A stretch of 54,313 bases of DNA, taken from the NCBI GenBank assembly GCA_964442785.1, contig CAYTZW010000003.1:1-54313 (forward strand), written 5' to 3'. The number at the start of each line of letters is the position of its first letter. Position 1 is the first letter of the stretch. This document shows, piece after piece, positions 15,902 through 25,677 of this stretch. The translations under genes and the position numbers were made by a program. Under the pieces are notes generated by a model, which was not told where the DNA came from, ran no database searches, and saw only the letters and a list, made by a program, of their open reading frames with translations. Source of the DNA: an uncultured Erysipelotrichaceae bacterium (GTDB lineage: Bacteria; Bacillota_I; Bacilli_A; RFN20; DUOF01).

Positions 15902-17230
15902 ATGGAAAAAATAAATCAAAAATGGTTAGAAAAAACAAATAAAGAATATCTAAATAATAAAACACAAACTATTGTAAGAAGGGCTTTATATAAAAGTGAT
16001 TTAAATCAAATTTCTCAAGTAATGGAAGAAAATGAAAAAAATCAATTTAGATTTTCTTGTGAAATTCCTACAATGGAAGCCACTAATCAAAAAGCAAGTG
16101 GAAGATGTTGGATTTTTGCAGGATTAAATGTTTTAAGAGAAATAATTGCTAAAAAGTATAATATTGAAAATTTTGAATTATCTCAAAACTATGTAGCTTT
16201 TTACGATAAACTAGAAAAGATTAATTATTACTTTGAATCTGTAATTAAACTTTTAGATGTTCCTGCTGATGATAGAACATTAGTTTGTATCAATGAAAAT
16301 GGTATCCAAGACGGTGGACAATGGGATATGCTTGTTAGTGTTATCGAAAAATATGGTTTAGTAACAAAAGAGGCAATGCCAGAAACTGCTTCTAGTTCAA
16401 ATACAAGAAAAATGAACGATTTAATCAATATTAAATTAAAACAATTCTGTGCTAAAGCAAGAGACTTACATCGTAAAAAAGAAGATGACAAAATTAAAGA
16501 ATTAAAAGAAGAATATTTACACGCTGCTTATACTTTATTATGTAGTTGTTTTGGAGTTCCACCTACTAAATTTAACTTTGAATATGTTAATAAAAAGAAA
16601 GAATATAAAATTGAAAAAGATATTACTCCTTTAAAATTCTATCAAGAATATATTGGAGATGTTTTAAAAGATTATGTCAGCATTATCAATTCTCCAACTG
16701 AAGATAAACCTTTTAATAAAGTATTTACTGTAGAATATATTGGTAATGTTGTTGGTGGACACCCAATCAAATACTTAAATTTACCAATGAATGAATTGAA
16801 AAAACTTGCTATAAAACAATTAAAAGACAATGAAGTAATTTGGTTTGGTTCTGATTGTGGTAAAGACGGTGATCGTGATGCTGGCTTATGGGATAATAAA
16901 ACTTATGATTATGGAACAACTTTTGAAACAAGTTTTGAATTATCAAAAGCAGAGATGTTAGATTATCGTTATAGTGCAATGAATCACGCTATGGTTTTAA
17001 CAGCGGTAAACCTAGAAGGAACTAAATCTACCAAATGGAAAATTGAAAATAGTTGGGGAACTGAAAGAGCTCATAAAGGTTATTATATTTGTTCGGATTC
17101 TTGGTTTGATAAATATGTTTTCCAAATTGTTGTCAATAAAAAACATTTAACAAAAGCTCAATTAAAACTACTAGAGGCAAAACCAATTAAATTAAATCCT
17201 TGGGATCCAATGGGAACTCTTGCAGATTAG
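15902..17230 (+). CDS. pepC: Aminopeptidase C / bleomycin hydrolase (C1 family)
   Basis: QKASGRCWIFAG (Cys), NHAMVLT (His), ENSWG (Asn). ATG 15902 follows AGGGGTG. Confidence 0.9.
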   Translation: MEKINQKWLEKTNKEYLNNKTQTIVRRALYKSDLNQISQVMEENEKNQFRFSCEIPTMEATNQKASGRCWIFAGLNVLREIIAKKYNIENFELSQNYVAFYDKLEKINYYFESVIKLLDVPADDRTLVCINENGIQDGGQWDMLVSVIEKYGLVTKEAMPETASSSNTRKMNDLINIKLKQFCAKARDLHRKKEDDKIKELKEEYLHAAYTLLCSCFGVPPTKFNFEYVNKKKEYKIEKDITPLKFYQEYIGDVLKDYVSIINSPTEDKPFNKVFTVEYIGNVVGGHPIKYLNLPMNELKKLAIKQLKDNEVIWFGSDCGKDGDRDAGLWDNKTYDYGTTFETSFELSKAEMLDYRYSAMNHAMVLTAVNLEGTKSTKWKIENSWGTERAHKGYYICSDSWFDKYVFQIVVNKKHLTKAQLKLLEAKPIKLNPWDPMGTLAD

Positions 17231-17241
17231 GAGGTAAATAT

Positions 17242-17457
17242 ATGAGTAAATTTGAAATAGTCAAAAAGGCTTTAGAGCCAAAAGTAAAAGGAAAAGAAAT
17301 AACTAAAAATTCAACTTTTAAAGAACTTGGATTAGATTCTTTGGATTTAGTAGAAGTAGTCTTAGAAGTAGAAGAATTATTAGACTACAAGTTTAAAGAT
17401 GAAGATTTAATATCTTTAAAAAGTATTCAAGATGTTTTAGACAGAGTAGGTGAATAA
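17242..17457 (+). CDS. Acyl carrier protein
   Basis: LGLDSLDLVEVV phosphopantetheinyl-Ser motif. 71 aa. AGGAGG SD 17228-17233. Confidence 0.8.
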   Translation: MSKFEIVKKALEPKVKGKEITKNSTFKELGLDSLDLVEVVLEVEELLDYKFKDEDLISLKSIQDVLDRVGE

Positions 17458-17458
17458 A

Positions 17459-17881
17459 ATGCTAATAAATGAACTAAAAAAAGCTAATATGGAAGCTTTA
17501 AAAAATAAAGATACTAATTCAAGAGCAATTCTTTCTGTTTTAATCAATAAATATATGCTTTTAGAAATTAATAAAAGAGAAAAAGGTGAAGAAGTAGTAG
17601 ATGCTGATGTTATTTCTTTAATCCAAAAAACGAAAAAAGAATTACAAGATGAAAAAGAGAATTTTCTAAAAGTTGGTAATGAAGAAAGAGTTTCTTTATT
17701 ATTAGAACAAGAAAAAGTTTTAGATAAATTTTTACCTAAAATGTTAAGCGAAGATGAAATTAGAAATATTATTAATAGTCTTTCTGATAAATCAATTCCT
17801 GCGGTAATGAAATATTTTAAAGAAAATTATGCAGGAAAATGTGAAATGGGAAAAGTTAGCCAAATCGCTAAAAACTTATAG
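17459..17881 (+). CDS. GatB/YqeY-domain protein
   Basis: N-terminus MLINELKKANMEALKNKD...RAILSVL and a size of ~140 aa are typical of YqeY. A hairpin gttgcca/tggcaac plus T-run follows at 17882-17903. Confidence 0.7.
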   Translation: MLINELKKANMEALKNKDTNSRAILSVLINKYMLLEINKREKGEEVVDADVISLIQKTKKELQDEKENFLKVGNEERVSLLLEQEKVLDKFLPKMLSEDEIRNIINSLSDKSIPAVMKYFKENYAGKCEMGKVSQIAKNL

Positions 17882-17952
17882 TTGCCATTGGCAACTTTTT
17901 TTATTGATTTTCTTTTTTATGTGATATAATCAAACAAAGAGGTTATTAGATT

Positions 17953-18441
17953 ATGCAATTAAAAGAGTATAAAATAAGAAAAGCAAATATAAAAGATATT
18001 GAAGGAATTATTCAAATTATCGAAAATCGCTGTAAATGGTTTAAAGAAAAAGGAATTAATCAATGGGAATATTATTTAGAGGTTTATGACAAAAACTACT
18101 TTAAAAGCCAAATAATGACTAATAAATTGTATGTTGCTTTAAAAGAAAATCTATTAGTAGGATTATATCTTTTAAAAGAAGAAGATTCTTATTGGAATGA
18201 TAATACATCTGCTTTTTATTTACATCATTTAGTAACCGATATAAATTGTAAAGGATTAGGAAAAATATTACTTGATAACGCTGTTGAAAAATGTCAAAAA
18301 TATCATAAAAAATATCTTCGTTTAGATTGCTTAAAAGAAAATGAAAAACTAAATGAATATTATAAAGAAAAAGGATTTAAGTATGTTTCTTCAGGAGAAG
18401 ATGAGTATTATAAATATAATCTATACGAACTAAAAATATAA
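17953..18441 (+). CDS. GNAT family N-acetyltransferase
   Basis: 162 aa. HHLVTDINCKGLGKILLDNAV matches the acetyl-CoA motif A region. Confidence 0.75.
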   Translation: MQLKEYKIRKANIKDIEGIIQIIENRCKWFKEKGINQWEYYLEVYDKNYFKSQIMTNKLYVALKENLLVGLYLLKEEDSYWNDNTSAFYLHHLVTDINCKGLGKILLDNAVEKCQKYHKKYLRLDCLKENEKLNEYYKEKGFKYVSSGEDEYYKYNLYELKI

Positions 18442-18453
18442 CAGGAGGTTAAA

Positions 18454-19128
18454 ATGAAAAAAGATAACATTTTGGTACTTATAATTGTTGTAATTGGTAT
18501 CCTTGTTAATTTATCTTTTGGAATATATTACCATAATAGTTTTGTAGCTATAACTTCATCAATATTAGGCTTGCTATATACCTATTTTGGAATTTTTGGT
18601 TCTCCTTTAGCATATATATTTAACATCACAGATTGCTTCTTTTATTCCTTTGTGTCCTATAAAACAGGACTATATGGTGAAACTTTTGTCTATTTGTTAA
18701 TGCTTTTACCTATTAGAATATATGGAGCATATTCTTGGATAAAAAACAAAAATGAAAAAACTCAAAAAGTAACGATAAATACAATAAGTAAAAAAGAAAC
18801 GATATTTTTAACTATTATTTCCCTTTCAATCTTTTCTATTTTCTATTTTGTTTTAAAATCACTTAATACCCAACAACTTATTATTTCTACTTTATCAATA
18901 GTATTCAATATATTAGCAACTTATCTAATTGCCAGAAGACATATTTATGGTTTTGTAGCCTATTTTGCGGTAGATACGGTTTCTCTTATCCTTTGGGGTG
19001 CTCCTATTTTAAAGGGAGATTTTTCTGCTATTTGTATCCTTTTTAGTGTCTTTTTATGGTATATTTTAGATATCATAGGATTTATAAACTGGATTAATTT
19101 AAGAAAAGAACAAGAAAGGAAAGAATAA
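18454..19128 (+). CDS. pnuC: Nicotinamide riboside transporter PnuC-like membrane protein
   Basis: ~7 TM, 224 aa. Two W-containing half-repeats (IRIYGAYSWIKNK; DTVSLILWG...INWINLRK) are typical of PnuC. Confidence 0.6.
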   Translation: MKKDNILVLIIVVIGILVNLSFGIYYHNSFVAITSSILGLLYTYFGIFGSPLAYIFNITDCFFYSFVSYKTGLYGETFVYLLMLLPIRIYGAYSWIKNKNEKTQKVTINTISKKETIFLTIISLSIFSIFYFVLKSLNTQQLIISTLSIVFNILATYLIARRHIYGFVAYFAVDTVSLILWGAPILKGDFSAICILFSVFLWYILDIIGFINWINLRKEQERKE

Positions 19129-19129
19129 A

Positions 19130-19756
19130 ATGGAAGATTTGAATATAAAAGTAAATTATCATAGCTCAATTTGCATAAATGATGAAATTTATATCGACCC
19201 CTTAAATATAAAAGAAGATAAAAATAATGCAAGTATCATCTTTATTACTCATAATCATTATGACCATTTAGACCAAAAATCTATTTTAAAACTTAAAAAT
19301 GAAAAAACTGTTTTTGTCTGTCCAAGAAATTGTAAGGCAGACTTAATAAATTTAGGAATTAATGAATATATGATAATACCTGTTATTCCTTTTGACAAAA
19401 TCAACTTAGGAGAAATGATAGTTGAAACTTATCCTGCATATAATATAAATAAAAATTTTCACCCTAAAAATCAAATGTGGGTTGGATACCTTTTAAAAAT
19501 TAATAATGTTTCCTATTATATATGTGGAGATACCGATTTAATTGAAGAAATAAAACATATAAAAACAAATGTTCTTTTTGTTCCTATCGGTGGTACTTAT
19601 ACAATGAATGCCAAAGAAGCAGCAGAGCTTGCCAATATCATTAAACCTGATTTAGTAATTCCTACTCATTATGGAGAAATTGCAGGTCAATTAAAAGACA
19701 AAGAAGAATTTATTAAAAATTTAGATAATATAAAATACCAAATTTTCATAAAATAA
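19130..19756 (+). CDS. MBL-fold metallo-hydrolase
   Basis: ITHNHYDHLD (HxHxDH), later CGDTD and PTHY. Confidence 0.8.
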   Translation: MEDLNIKVNYHSSICINDEIYIDPLNIKEDKNNASIIFITHNHYDHLDQKSILKLKNEKTVFVCPRNCKADLINLGINEYMIIPVIPFDKINLGEMIVETYPAYNINKNFHPKNQMWVGYLLKINNVSYYICGDTDLIEEIKHIKTNVLFVPIGGTYTMNAKEAAELANIIKPDLVIPTHYGEIAGQLKDKEEFIKNLDNIKYQIFIK

Positions 19757-19768
19757 ATTAATCCTTGC

Positions 19769-19797
19769 TAGACAATAAAAAAATATAATGTTATAAT
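19769..19797 (+). promoter_or_regulatory. Promoter of tRNA-Trp
   Basis: TAGACA (19769-19774), 17-nt spacer, TATAAT (19792-19797), 16 nt upstream of the mature tRNA 5' end. Confidence 0.55.
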
Positions 19798-19813
19798 TGA
19801 CTAGCAACCACAT

Positions 19814-19887
19814 AGGGATATAGTTCAAAGGTAGAATAACGGTCTCCAAAACCGCTGATGTGGGTTCAATTCCTACTATCCCTGCCA
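19814..19887 (+). tRNA. tRNA-Trp (anticodon CCA)
   Basis: AGGGATATAGTTCAAAGGTAGAATAACGGTCTCCAAAACCGCTGATGTGGGTTCAATTCCTACTATCCCTGCCA. Acceptor stem AGGGATA/TATCCCT, anticodon loop CTCCAAA, encoded CCA. Confidence 0.93.
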
Positions 19888-19889
19888 TT
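19874..19889 (+). repeat. Direct repeat copy 1 (3' end of tRNA-Trp), att-core-like
   Basis: tactatccctgccatt, identical to 20051-20066. Confidence 0.85.
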
Positions 19890-19898
19890 TTGTTGATA

Positions 19899-19923
19899 AG
19901 CCCTTACTGTGTAAGGGTTTTTA
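19899..19923 (+). terminator. Intrinsic terminator after tRNA-Trp
   Basis: cccttac-tgtg-taaggg hairpin followed by TTTTT. Near-identical to the tRNA-Gly trailer hairpin. Confidence 0.75.
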
Positions 19924-20050
19924 TATACCTAATTTTTTAAAAGGGAACATTTATATAGAAAAATATCTTTTAAATATTATTATAATTGATGAAAAAAGAC
20001 TTAAAATAAGCAAAATTATTCAATTTTCAAGCAGTATTACTTTTAGCACT

Positions 20051-20066
20051 TACTATCCCTGCCATT
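20051..20066 (+). repeat. Direct repeat copy 2 (orphan duplicate of the tRNA-Trp 3' end), followed by a second terminator hairpin at 20079-20102
   Basis: tactatccctgccatt, then ...acccttac-aca-gtaagggttttt. Confidence 0.85.
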
Positions 20067-20214
20067 GAGAATAAGATTACCCTTACACAGTAAGGGTTTT
20101 TGTTTATTAAATTATTCTAAATAAAGTATAAAACAATAAAAGTTAACAGTTTAAATATGTATAAGAATATTTGTTTTCTTTTTGTTATAATATAAAAAAA
20201 GGAGATAAGATATT

Positions 20215-20907
20215 ATGCTTCGTAAAATATTTAATAAGTTATTTGCTTCTAATATAGAATTAGATATGTATTCAAGTGATTATGAAAAAAATTTATATCG
20301 AAAATATGGAAAATGTAGCAAGATAAATGGTGATATTGCTCTATTAGTAATCTCAGATACTCACGGTTCTTTATCTTCTAGGGAAGAAGAATTTAAAGAG
20401 TTTTTAGCTGATAAGGAATATGATTTATGTATATTATTAGGAGACCACCTAAATCGTGATATTGATGTTATTTTAAAATATGTTGATAGAACTAAACTTT
20501 ATGGGCTTTTAGGAAATCACGATTATGATTATCTTAAAGAGTATGACATACCAAACTTAAATGGTAAAGTAATTGAATGTAAAGGTCTCAAATTGTTAGG
20601 AATACAAGGTAGTTTTAAGTATAAATCTATTGATTTTCCTTCTTTTACTCAAGAAGAATCGGTTTCTTTTTTAGAAGGAAAAGAAAAGGTGGATATTTTA
20701 CTTAGCCACGATAGAAAGTTTGAGTTAGAAAAAATGAATAATGATCCTGCTCATTCGGGTTTGTTAGGAATTACTACTTATCTTTATTCTAAAAATGTTC
20801 CTATTCATATTCACGGGCATATCCACGAAAATTATGAAAAAATATTGATAAACAATACCAAAGAATATAGTGTTTTTGACTATAAAATAATCAATATAAA
20901 AAAGTAA
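20215..20907 (+). CDS. Calcineurin-like metallophosphoesterase
   Basis: Motif set SDTHG, LGDH, GNHD, GHIH. Confidence 0.8.
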   Translation: MLRKIFNKLFASNIELDMYSSDYEKNLYRKYGKCSKINGDIALLVISDTHGSLSSREEEFKEFLADKEYDLCILLGDHLNRDIDVILKYVDRTKLYGLLGNHDYDYLKEYDIPNLNGKVIECKGLKLLGIQGSFKYKSIDFPSFTQEESVSFLEGKEKVDILLSHDRKFELEKMNNDPAHSGLLGITTYLYSKNVPIHIHGHIHENYEKILINNTKEYSVFDYKIINIKK

Positions 20908-21396
20908 TTATTTATTGTTGAATTTTTCTAAAGCAAAATGTCCTTCAGAAAAGATTAATTGTCCATTTTTATGTTCATATCCCATTTTACGATAAAAAGG
21001 AATTGCTGACATAGCTGCAGGAATTTCTATCCTTTTAGCACGCTTAAATAACTCATCTTGTTCTAATGTTTCAATGATTTTACGACCATATCCTTTTCCT
21101 TGGTACTCAGGGTCGACAAAGATAGAAAATAAGCTACTTTCGGTTTTACTTCCCCAATATTCTCCAATAGCACCACAGCCAATGATTTTTTCATCTTCAA
21201 TTAGAACATAGAAATGTGTCCAAGAAGCACGCTTTTTTACTCCTTCAGCATTTAAACTATTGACAACATTTTCAATTTCCACTTGAGGATAAAAGTTAGA
21301 AAAGACAGAAAATCTTACTGACCTTTCTATCATTTTTGCAGTTTCTTCATATTGAGTTTCTTTAATTATTTCAATTTTCATTTTTTTCTCCTCCAT
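20908..21396 (-). CDS. GNAT family N-acetyltransferase
   Basis: FVDPEYQGKGYGRKIIETL acetyl-CoA motif. GGAGGAG SD. Confidence 0.85.
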   Translation of the reverse strand: MEEKKMKIEIIKETQYEETAKMIERSVRFSVFSNFYPQVEIENVVNSLNAEGVKKRASWTHFYVLIEDEKIIGCGAIGEYWGSKTESSLFSIFVDPEYQGKGYGRKIIETLEQDELFKRAKRIEIPAAMSAIPFYRKMGYEHKNGQLIFSEGHFALEKFNNK

Positions 21397-21573
21397 TTTA
21401 TATGTTACTTATATACGTGCCTTCGCATTGTTATATAGCCTGATTGTAACAATTTTATTAAAAATAATAAAGGTATCAAATTACAAATTTGAGAATAAAT
21501 AATAGATATTTTTTTAGTTCTTTTAAATTTTGTAAGTTCAAGACATAAAAGCACTAGGAAATTTGTCTAAAAA

Positions 21574-21606
21574 AAGGACTAAGTATTATTTTACTTAATC
21601 CCATAT
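21574..21606 (-). terminator. Intrinsic terminator of the Sel1-repeat gene pair
   Basis: Minus strand has ggattaagta/tacttagtcc stems followed by TTTTTTT. Confidence 0.65.
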
Positions 21607-21657
21607 GCTAGTAGTTTTGATTTCATAATCAATCTTATAAAATTTCACAAAAAACCT

Positions 21658-22662
21658 TTAATTATATTTTCTCATTTCTTGTAGAAAGGAATCTTCCAAA
21701 TCTAATCCATTATTTTTAGCCATAATAAAATACTTTTCTGCCTTTGAAAAATCTTGTTCTACTCCTATTCCTTCCAAGTAAATTACTCCTAAATTGAAGG
21801 CTGCTTTTTCACTTCCTTCATTCGCTGCTTTTTCATACCAATATATCGCTTTTTCTTGATTTTGCAATTTACCAGTGTCTAAATCATAACAAATTCCTAA
21901 GTTAAAGGCTGCTCTTACATTGCCTTTATTAGCGGCTTTTGTATACCAATATACCGCTTTTTCTAAATCTTCTTTAACACCTTGTCCATTTCCATAACAA
22001 TAACCTAAATTGCACTCCGCTAACGTATTACCCTGATTTGCTGATGCAGTGTACCAATATACTGATTGGGTATAGTCTTGTTCCGTTCCTTCTCCATATT
22101 CATAGCAATATCCTAGATAAAATTGAGCCCTGTCATCTCCATTAGTTGCTGCCTTCATAAACCACTCGAAAGCCCGATAGTAACATTCGCCTTCATAATA
22201 TAATTTTCCTAAATTATATTGTGCTTTCATATACCCTTGATTTGCTGATGCAGTGTACCAATATATCGCTTTTTGATAGTCTTGTTCTACTCCTATCCCT
22301 TTTGAATAAACATACCCTAAATTATATTGACCATTAGCATATCCTTCATTAGCGGCTTTAGTGAATAATTCTATGGCTTTCTTTTCATCTGTTGGAACAC
22401 CATATCCAAAAGAATAACAATATCCTAAATAAGAATTTGCTCCAATATAGCCATTATTAATAGCGTTATTTAATAAAGTAATTGCCTTATTATAATCTTG
22501 ATTTATATCTTCTCCTTTTACGTATTTAATTGCAAGAACCGATTGAGCAACTACATCATTATCCTCACTTAGAGATTGCAATTCTTCAATACTCTTTTTT
22601 TCATATAAATCTCTTAATTCTTTGGCTTCTTTATAATTATTAGGTATATTCTTTCCTTTCAT
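21658..22662 (-). CDS. Sel1-like (SLR/TPR-family) repeat protein
   Basis: About eight ~36-aa repeats of the type A..WY.KAA.QG...AQ.NLG.CY..G.GV..D. Confidence 0.85.
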   Translation of the reverse strand: MKGKNIPNNYKEAKELRDLYEKKSIEELQSLSEDNDVVAQSVLAIKYVKGEDINQDYNKAITLLNNAINNGYIGANSYLGYCYSFGYGVPTDEKKAIELFTKAANEGYANGQYNLGYVYSKGIGVEQDYQKAIYWYTASANQGYMKAQYNLGKLYYEGECYYRAFEWFMKAATNGDDRAQFYLGYCYEYGEGTEQDYTQSVYWYTASANQGNTLAECNLGYCYGNGQGVKEDLEKAVYWYTKAANKGNVRAAFNLGICYDLDTGKLQNQEKAIYWYEKAANEGSEKAAFNLGVIYLEGIGVEQDFSKAEKYFIMAKNNGLDLEDSFLQEMRKYN

Positions 22663-22686
22663 AAAATTACCTCCAAAGTATAATAT

Positions 22687-24285
22687 CTATTTTAAACTAT
22701 TTTCTATATCTTTTATTTCTTTCTCTGTTGTGTATTTACGGTTTACCATTTCTTCTAAAACTTGTTCAGCTTTACCATGCCCTCCTTTTTTAGCCATAAG
22801 CAAATATTTTACCGCTAGTTTATAATCTTGTGGTAGTCCAGCAAATCCGTCGCAATAGCAAAGTCCTAAATTGTACATAGCCATAGTATTTCCCTTACTA
22901 GCGGCTTTTTTATATAAATCTATTCCTTTCTTACAATTCTCAACATTTGAAAAATCTCTACAATAAATCCAACCTAAATCACATTGTGCTTGGACATTTC
23001 CACTATTGGCTGCTTTTATAAGCCATTGTTCTGCAAAATAATAAGATTCTTGTTTTATATAAAAATTACCTAATCGTTGTTGCATTTCAGGGTCTCCTTG
23101 ATTTGCAGCTTTTACATACCAATACTCTGCCTTATTTTCATCTTTTACAACATTATAGTCTCCAAACTCCAAACAAGTACCTAAAAAAACTTGTGATTCT
23201 ACATCTCCGTGTTCAGCAGCTTTGGTATACCATTTTATTCCTAAAGAATAATCTTGTTTTACTATTTCTCCATTTAGATAGAAATAACCTAGGTTTTTTT
23301 CTGCAAATTTATTTCCCTTATTTGCGGATTTTTGATATAAAGAAAAAGCTTTTTCTTTGTCCTTTTCTATTCCTACACCATTATAATAACAATCTGCTAA
23401 TAGGTATTGTGCTTGAGCGTAATTTTTATTTGCGGATTTAGTATATAGTTTAATCATTTCTTTGTAATCTTGTTTTACTCCTAAACCTTTTGCATAAAGT
23501 TCTCCTAAATCACACATTGCTCTTTCATCATCTTGTTCGACAGCTTTTTTGTACCACTCTACTGCTTTTGTGTAATCTTGTTTTACTCCCCTACCCGTCT
23601 TATAGCAATAAGCCAAATTAGTTTGAGCAGTAACATCATTTTGTTCGGCAGCTTTAGTATACCAATACACAGCATTTTCTAAATTTTTGGCAATTCCTGC
23701 TCCACGCTCATAACAATATCCTAAATCAGATTGTGCATCTGCATTTCCTTGCTTTGCCGCTTTTTTGTACCATTCTACTGCTTTGGCTTCGTCCATATTT
23801 ACGCCTCTACCATAATAATAGCGTTCTCCTAAAGAATGTTGTGCAGCATCATAACCTTGTTTTGCTGATAAAGTATACCACTTTACTGCTTTCTTGTAAT
23901 CTTGTTTTACTCCAAGTCCCTTATAATAACAGACGCCTAAATTATGTTGACCAACTGCATATCCTCCCTCAGCGGATTTAGTAAACACTTCGATTGCCTT
24001 TTTTAAGTCTTTTTCTACTCCAATACCATTAATATAAAAATAGCCCAATTTAGACATTGCTTCAACATATCCATTATCACTAATACTAGTTAGTAATTTT
24101 ATTCCTTTTTCGCAATCTTTTTTTATTTTTTCTCCTAAAACATATCTTATAGCAAGAGTAATTTGAGCGGCTACATCATTTTCAGTAGCAAGTTTTATTA
24201 GTGTTTCATTATCTTTGTTTTCATAATTATCCATTATTTCTTTATTTTTTTGATAATTCTTTTCTATCGTTTTTAATTTTCCCAT
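22687..24285 (-). CDS. Sel1-like repeat protein (paralog of the downstream gene)
   Basis: About 13 SLR repeats. Its N-terminal ~80 aa align with those of the 21658-22662 product. Confidence 0.85.
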   Translation of the reverse strand: MGKLKTIEKNYQKNKEIMDNYENKDNETLIKLATENDVAAQITLAIRYVLGEKIKKDCEKGIKLLTSISDNGYVEAMSKLGYFYINGIGVEKDLKKAIEVFTKSAEGGYAVGQHNLGVCYYKGLGVKQDYKKAVKWYTLSAKQGYDAAQHSLGERYYYGRGVNMDEAKAVEWYKKAAKQGNADAQSDLGYCYERGAGIAKNLENAVYWYTKAAEQNDVTAQTNLAYCYKTGRGVKQDYTKAVEWYKKAVEQDDERAMCDLGELYAKGLGVKQDYKEMIKLYTKSANKNYAQAQYLLADCYYNGVGIEKDKEKAFSLYQKSANKGNKFAEKNLGYFYLNGEIVKQDYSLGIKWYTKAAEHGDVESQVFLGTCLEFGDYNVVKDENKAEYWYVKAANQGDPEMQQRLGNFYIKQESYYFAEQWLIKAANSGNVQAQCDLGWIYCRDFSNVENCKKGIDLYKKAASKGNTMAMYNLGLCYCDGFAGLPQDYKLAVKYLLMAKKGGHGKAEQVLEEMVNRKYTTEKEIKDIENSLK

Positions 24286-24416
24286 TTTATTATCTCCTAA
24301 AATATTCTTCTACATTAAGAATAACACAAATTCATAAAAATCTTTATAGTTATTTACAAAAAAAATACAAATATACTTCAAACAAAGATATATTTGTATT
24401 CATTTAACATCTCTAA

Positions 24417-24914
24417 TTATTTTTTCTTTTTGACATCTTCATCTGCTAAAGAATGAATATACTCAATAAATTCATCTTCTGAAGGGGTACTCAATTTTTT
24501 CAAAACTCGATATTCTTGTTTATCTTCAACACTAATAACATATTCAAATTCGCCGTCATAAACCGCTAATTCTAAAATATAATACTTATATCCTGTTTTT
24601 GTTTTTCTAACGGCTACACAATAAGTATCTCCCTTTACTTCAGGGTCAGGCATATCAACAAATAAGATAGAACAAGAAGAATATTCAATTATTTTCATAT
24701 TAAAATTGAAATTTTTAAATCTTTCAACATCATAAATCTTTGTCTTAGCATTTAAAACACTCTCATATAAACTTGCTCTTAAATATTGATTAAATGCAGT
24801 TTCGCTATCTTCTAATTTATCAACGACATCATATATTTCATTACCTAAAAAAAGGTCTCTTAAAATAATGTGAGAAAAATAATAATTCGCTGTAATTTTG
24901 TTAACATATCTCAT
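24417..24914 (-). CDS. Hypothetical protein (165 aa)
   Basis: Clean ORF with an acidic/K-rich tail. No motifs recognised. Confidence 0.5.
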   Translation of the reverse strand: MRYVNKITANYYFSHIILRDLFLGNEIYDVVDKLEDSETAFNQYLRASLYESVLNAKTKIYDVERFKNFNFNMKIIEYSSCSILFVDMPDPEVKGDTYCVAVRKTKTGYKYYILELAVYDGEFEYVISVEDKQEYRVLKKLSTPSEDEFIEYIHSLADEDVKKKK

Positions 24915-25050
24915 CTAAATCACCCATCTATTCTTCCTAATTATAACATTTTCAAAGTAAAATTAAAGTATTTTCAAATAATTCAAAACTTAATCATTGT
25001 TAAGCAAAATCTAAAATGATAATATGGAAAGAAAAAGGAAGTGGATTTAT

Positions 25051-25677
25051 ATGATTAAAAATTTAGTTTATTCTATTCTTGCAGGTATCTGTATTTCCAT
25101 TGGAGGAATTGCTTTTCTTTCAATAAACAACTCTGTTCTAGGAGCTTTATTTTTCTGTATTGGATTATTTATAATACTAAACTATAAATTCAATCTTTTC
25201 ACTGGAAAACTTTGTTATACTTTCACTAACAATTTAAAATATTTTTACAGCCTTTTTATTACTTTAATCGGTAATTTTATTGGAACAAACCTTGTTGGTT
25301 TATCTTTAAATTTAACTAGATTAGTTTCTTTAAAAGAAAAGTGTGAAATGATTACAAATAATAAACTAAACGACAATTTATTAAGCATTTTCATTTTAGC
25401 AATATTTTGTAACTTACTAATTTATATTGCCGTTGAAGGCTTTAAAAGTGATAACCCTTTAACCAAATACCTTTCCCTATTCTTTGGAGTAGCTACTTTT
25501 GTCATCTGTGGATTTGAACATTGTGTTGCAGATATGTTTTATTTTTCCTTTGCTTTAAGTTATTCTTTTAAAACTTTTTTATGTCTTTTTGTCGTTATTC
25601 TAGGAAATTTTGTGGGTGGTAATCTTTTAGAATTAATCAAGTTACTTTTAAAAGATAAGGACACAAAAACTATTTAG
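25051..25677 (+). CDS. Formate/nitrite transporter (FNT) family protein
   Basis: GFEHCVADMF signature, ~6 TM. ATG 25051 follows AAGGAAGTGG. Confidence 0.7.
   Translation: MIKNLVYSILAGICISIGGIAFLSINNSVLGALFFCIGLFIILNYKFNLFTGKLCYTFTNNLKYFYSLFITLIGNFIGTNLVGLSLNLTRLVSLKEKCEMITNNKLNDNLLSIFILAIFCNLLIYIAVEGFKSDNPLTKYLSLFFGVATFVICGFEHCVADMFYFSFALSYSFKTFLCLFVVILGNFVGGNLLELIKLLLKDKDTKTI

Noticed and set aside
23103-24407. Plus-strand ORFs 23103..23441, 23733..23981 and 24201..24407
   Set aside because: They are antisense to the Sel1-repeat gene or its upstream region. The repetitive sequence keeps the reverse frames open.
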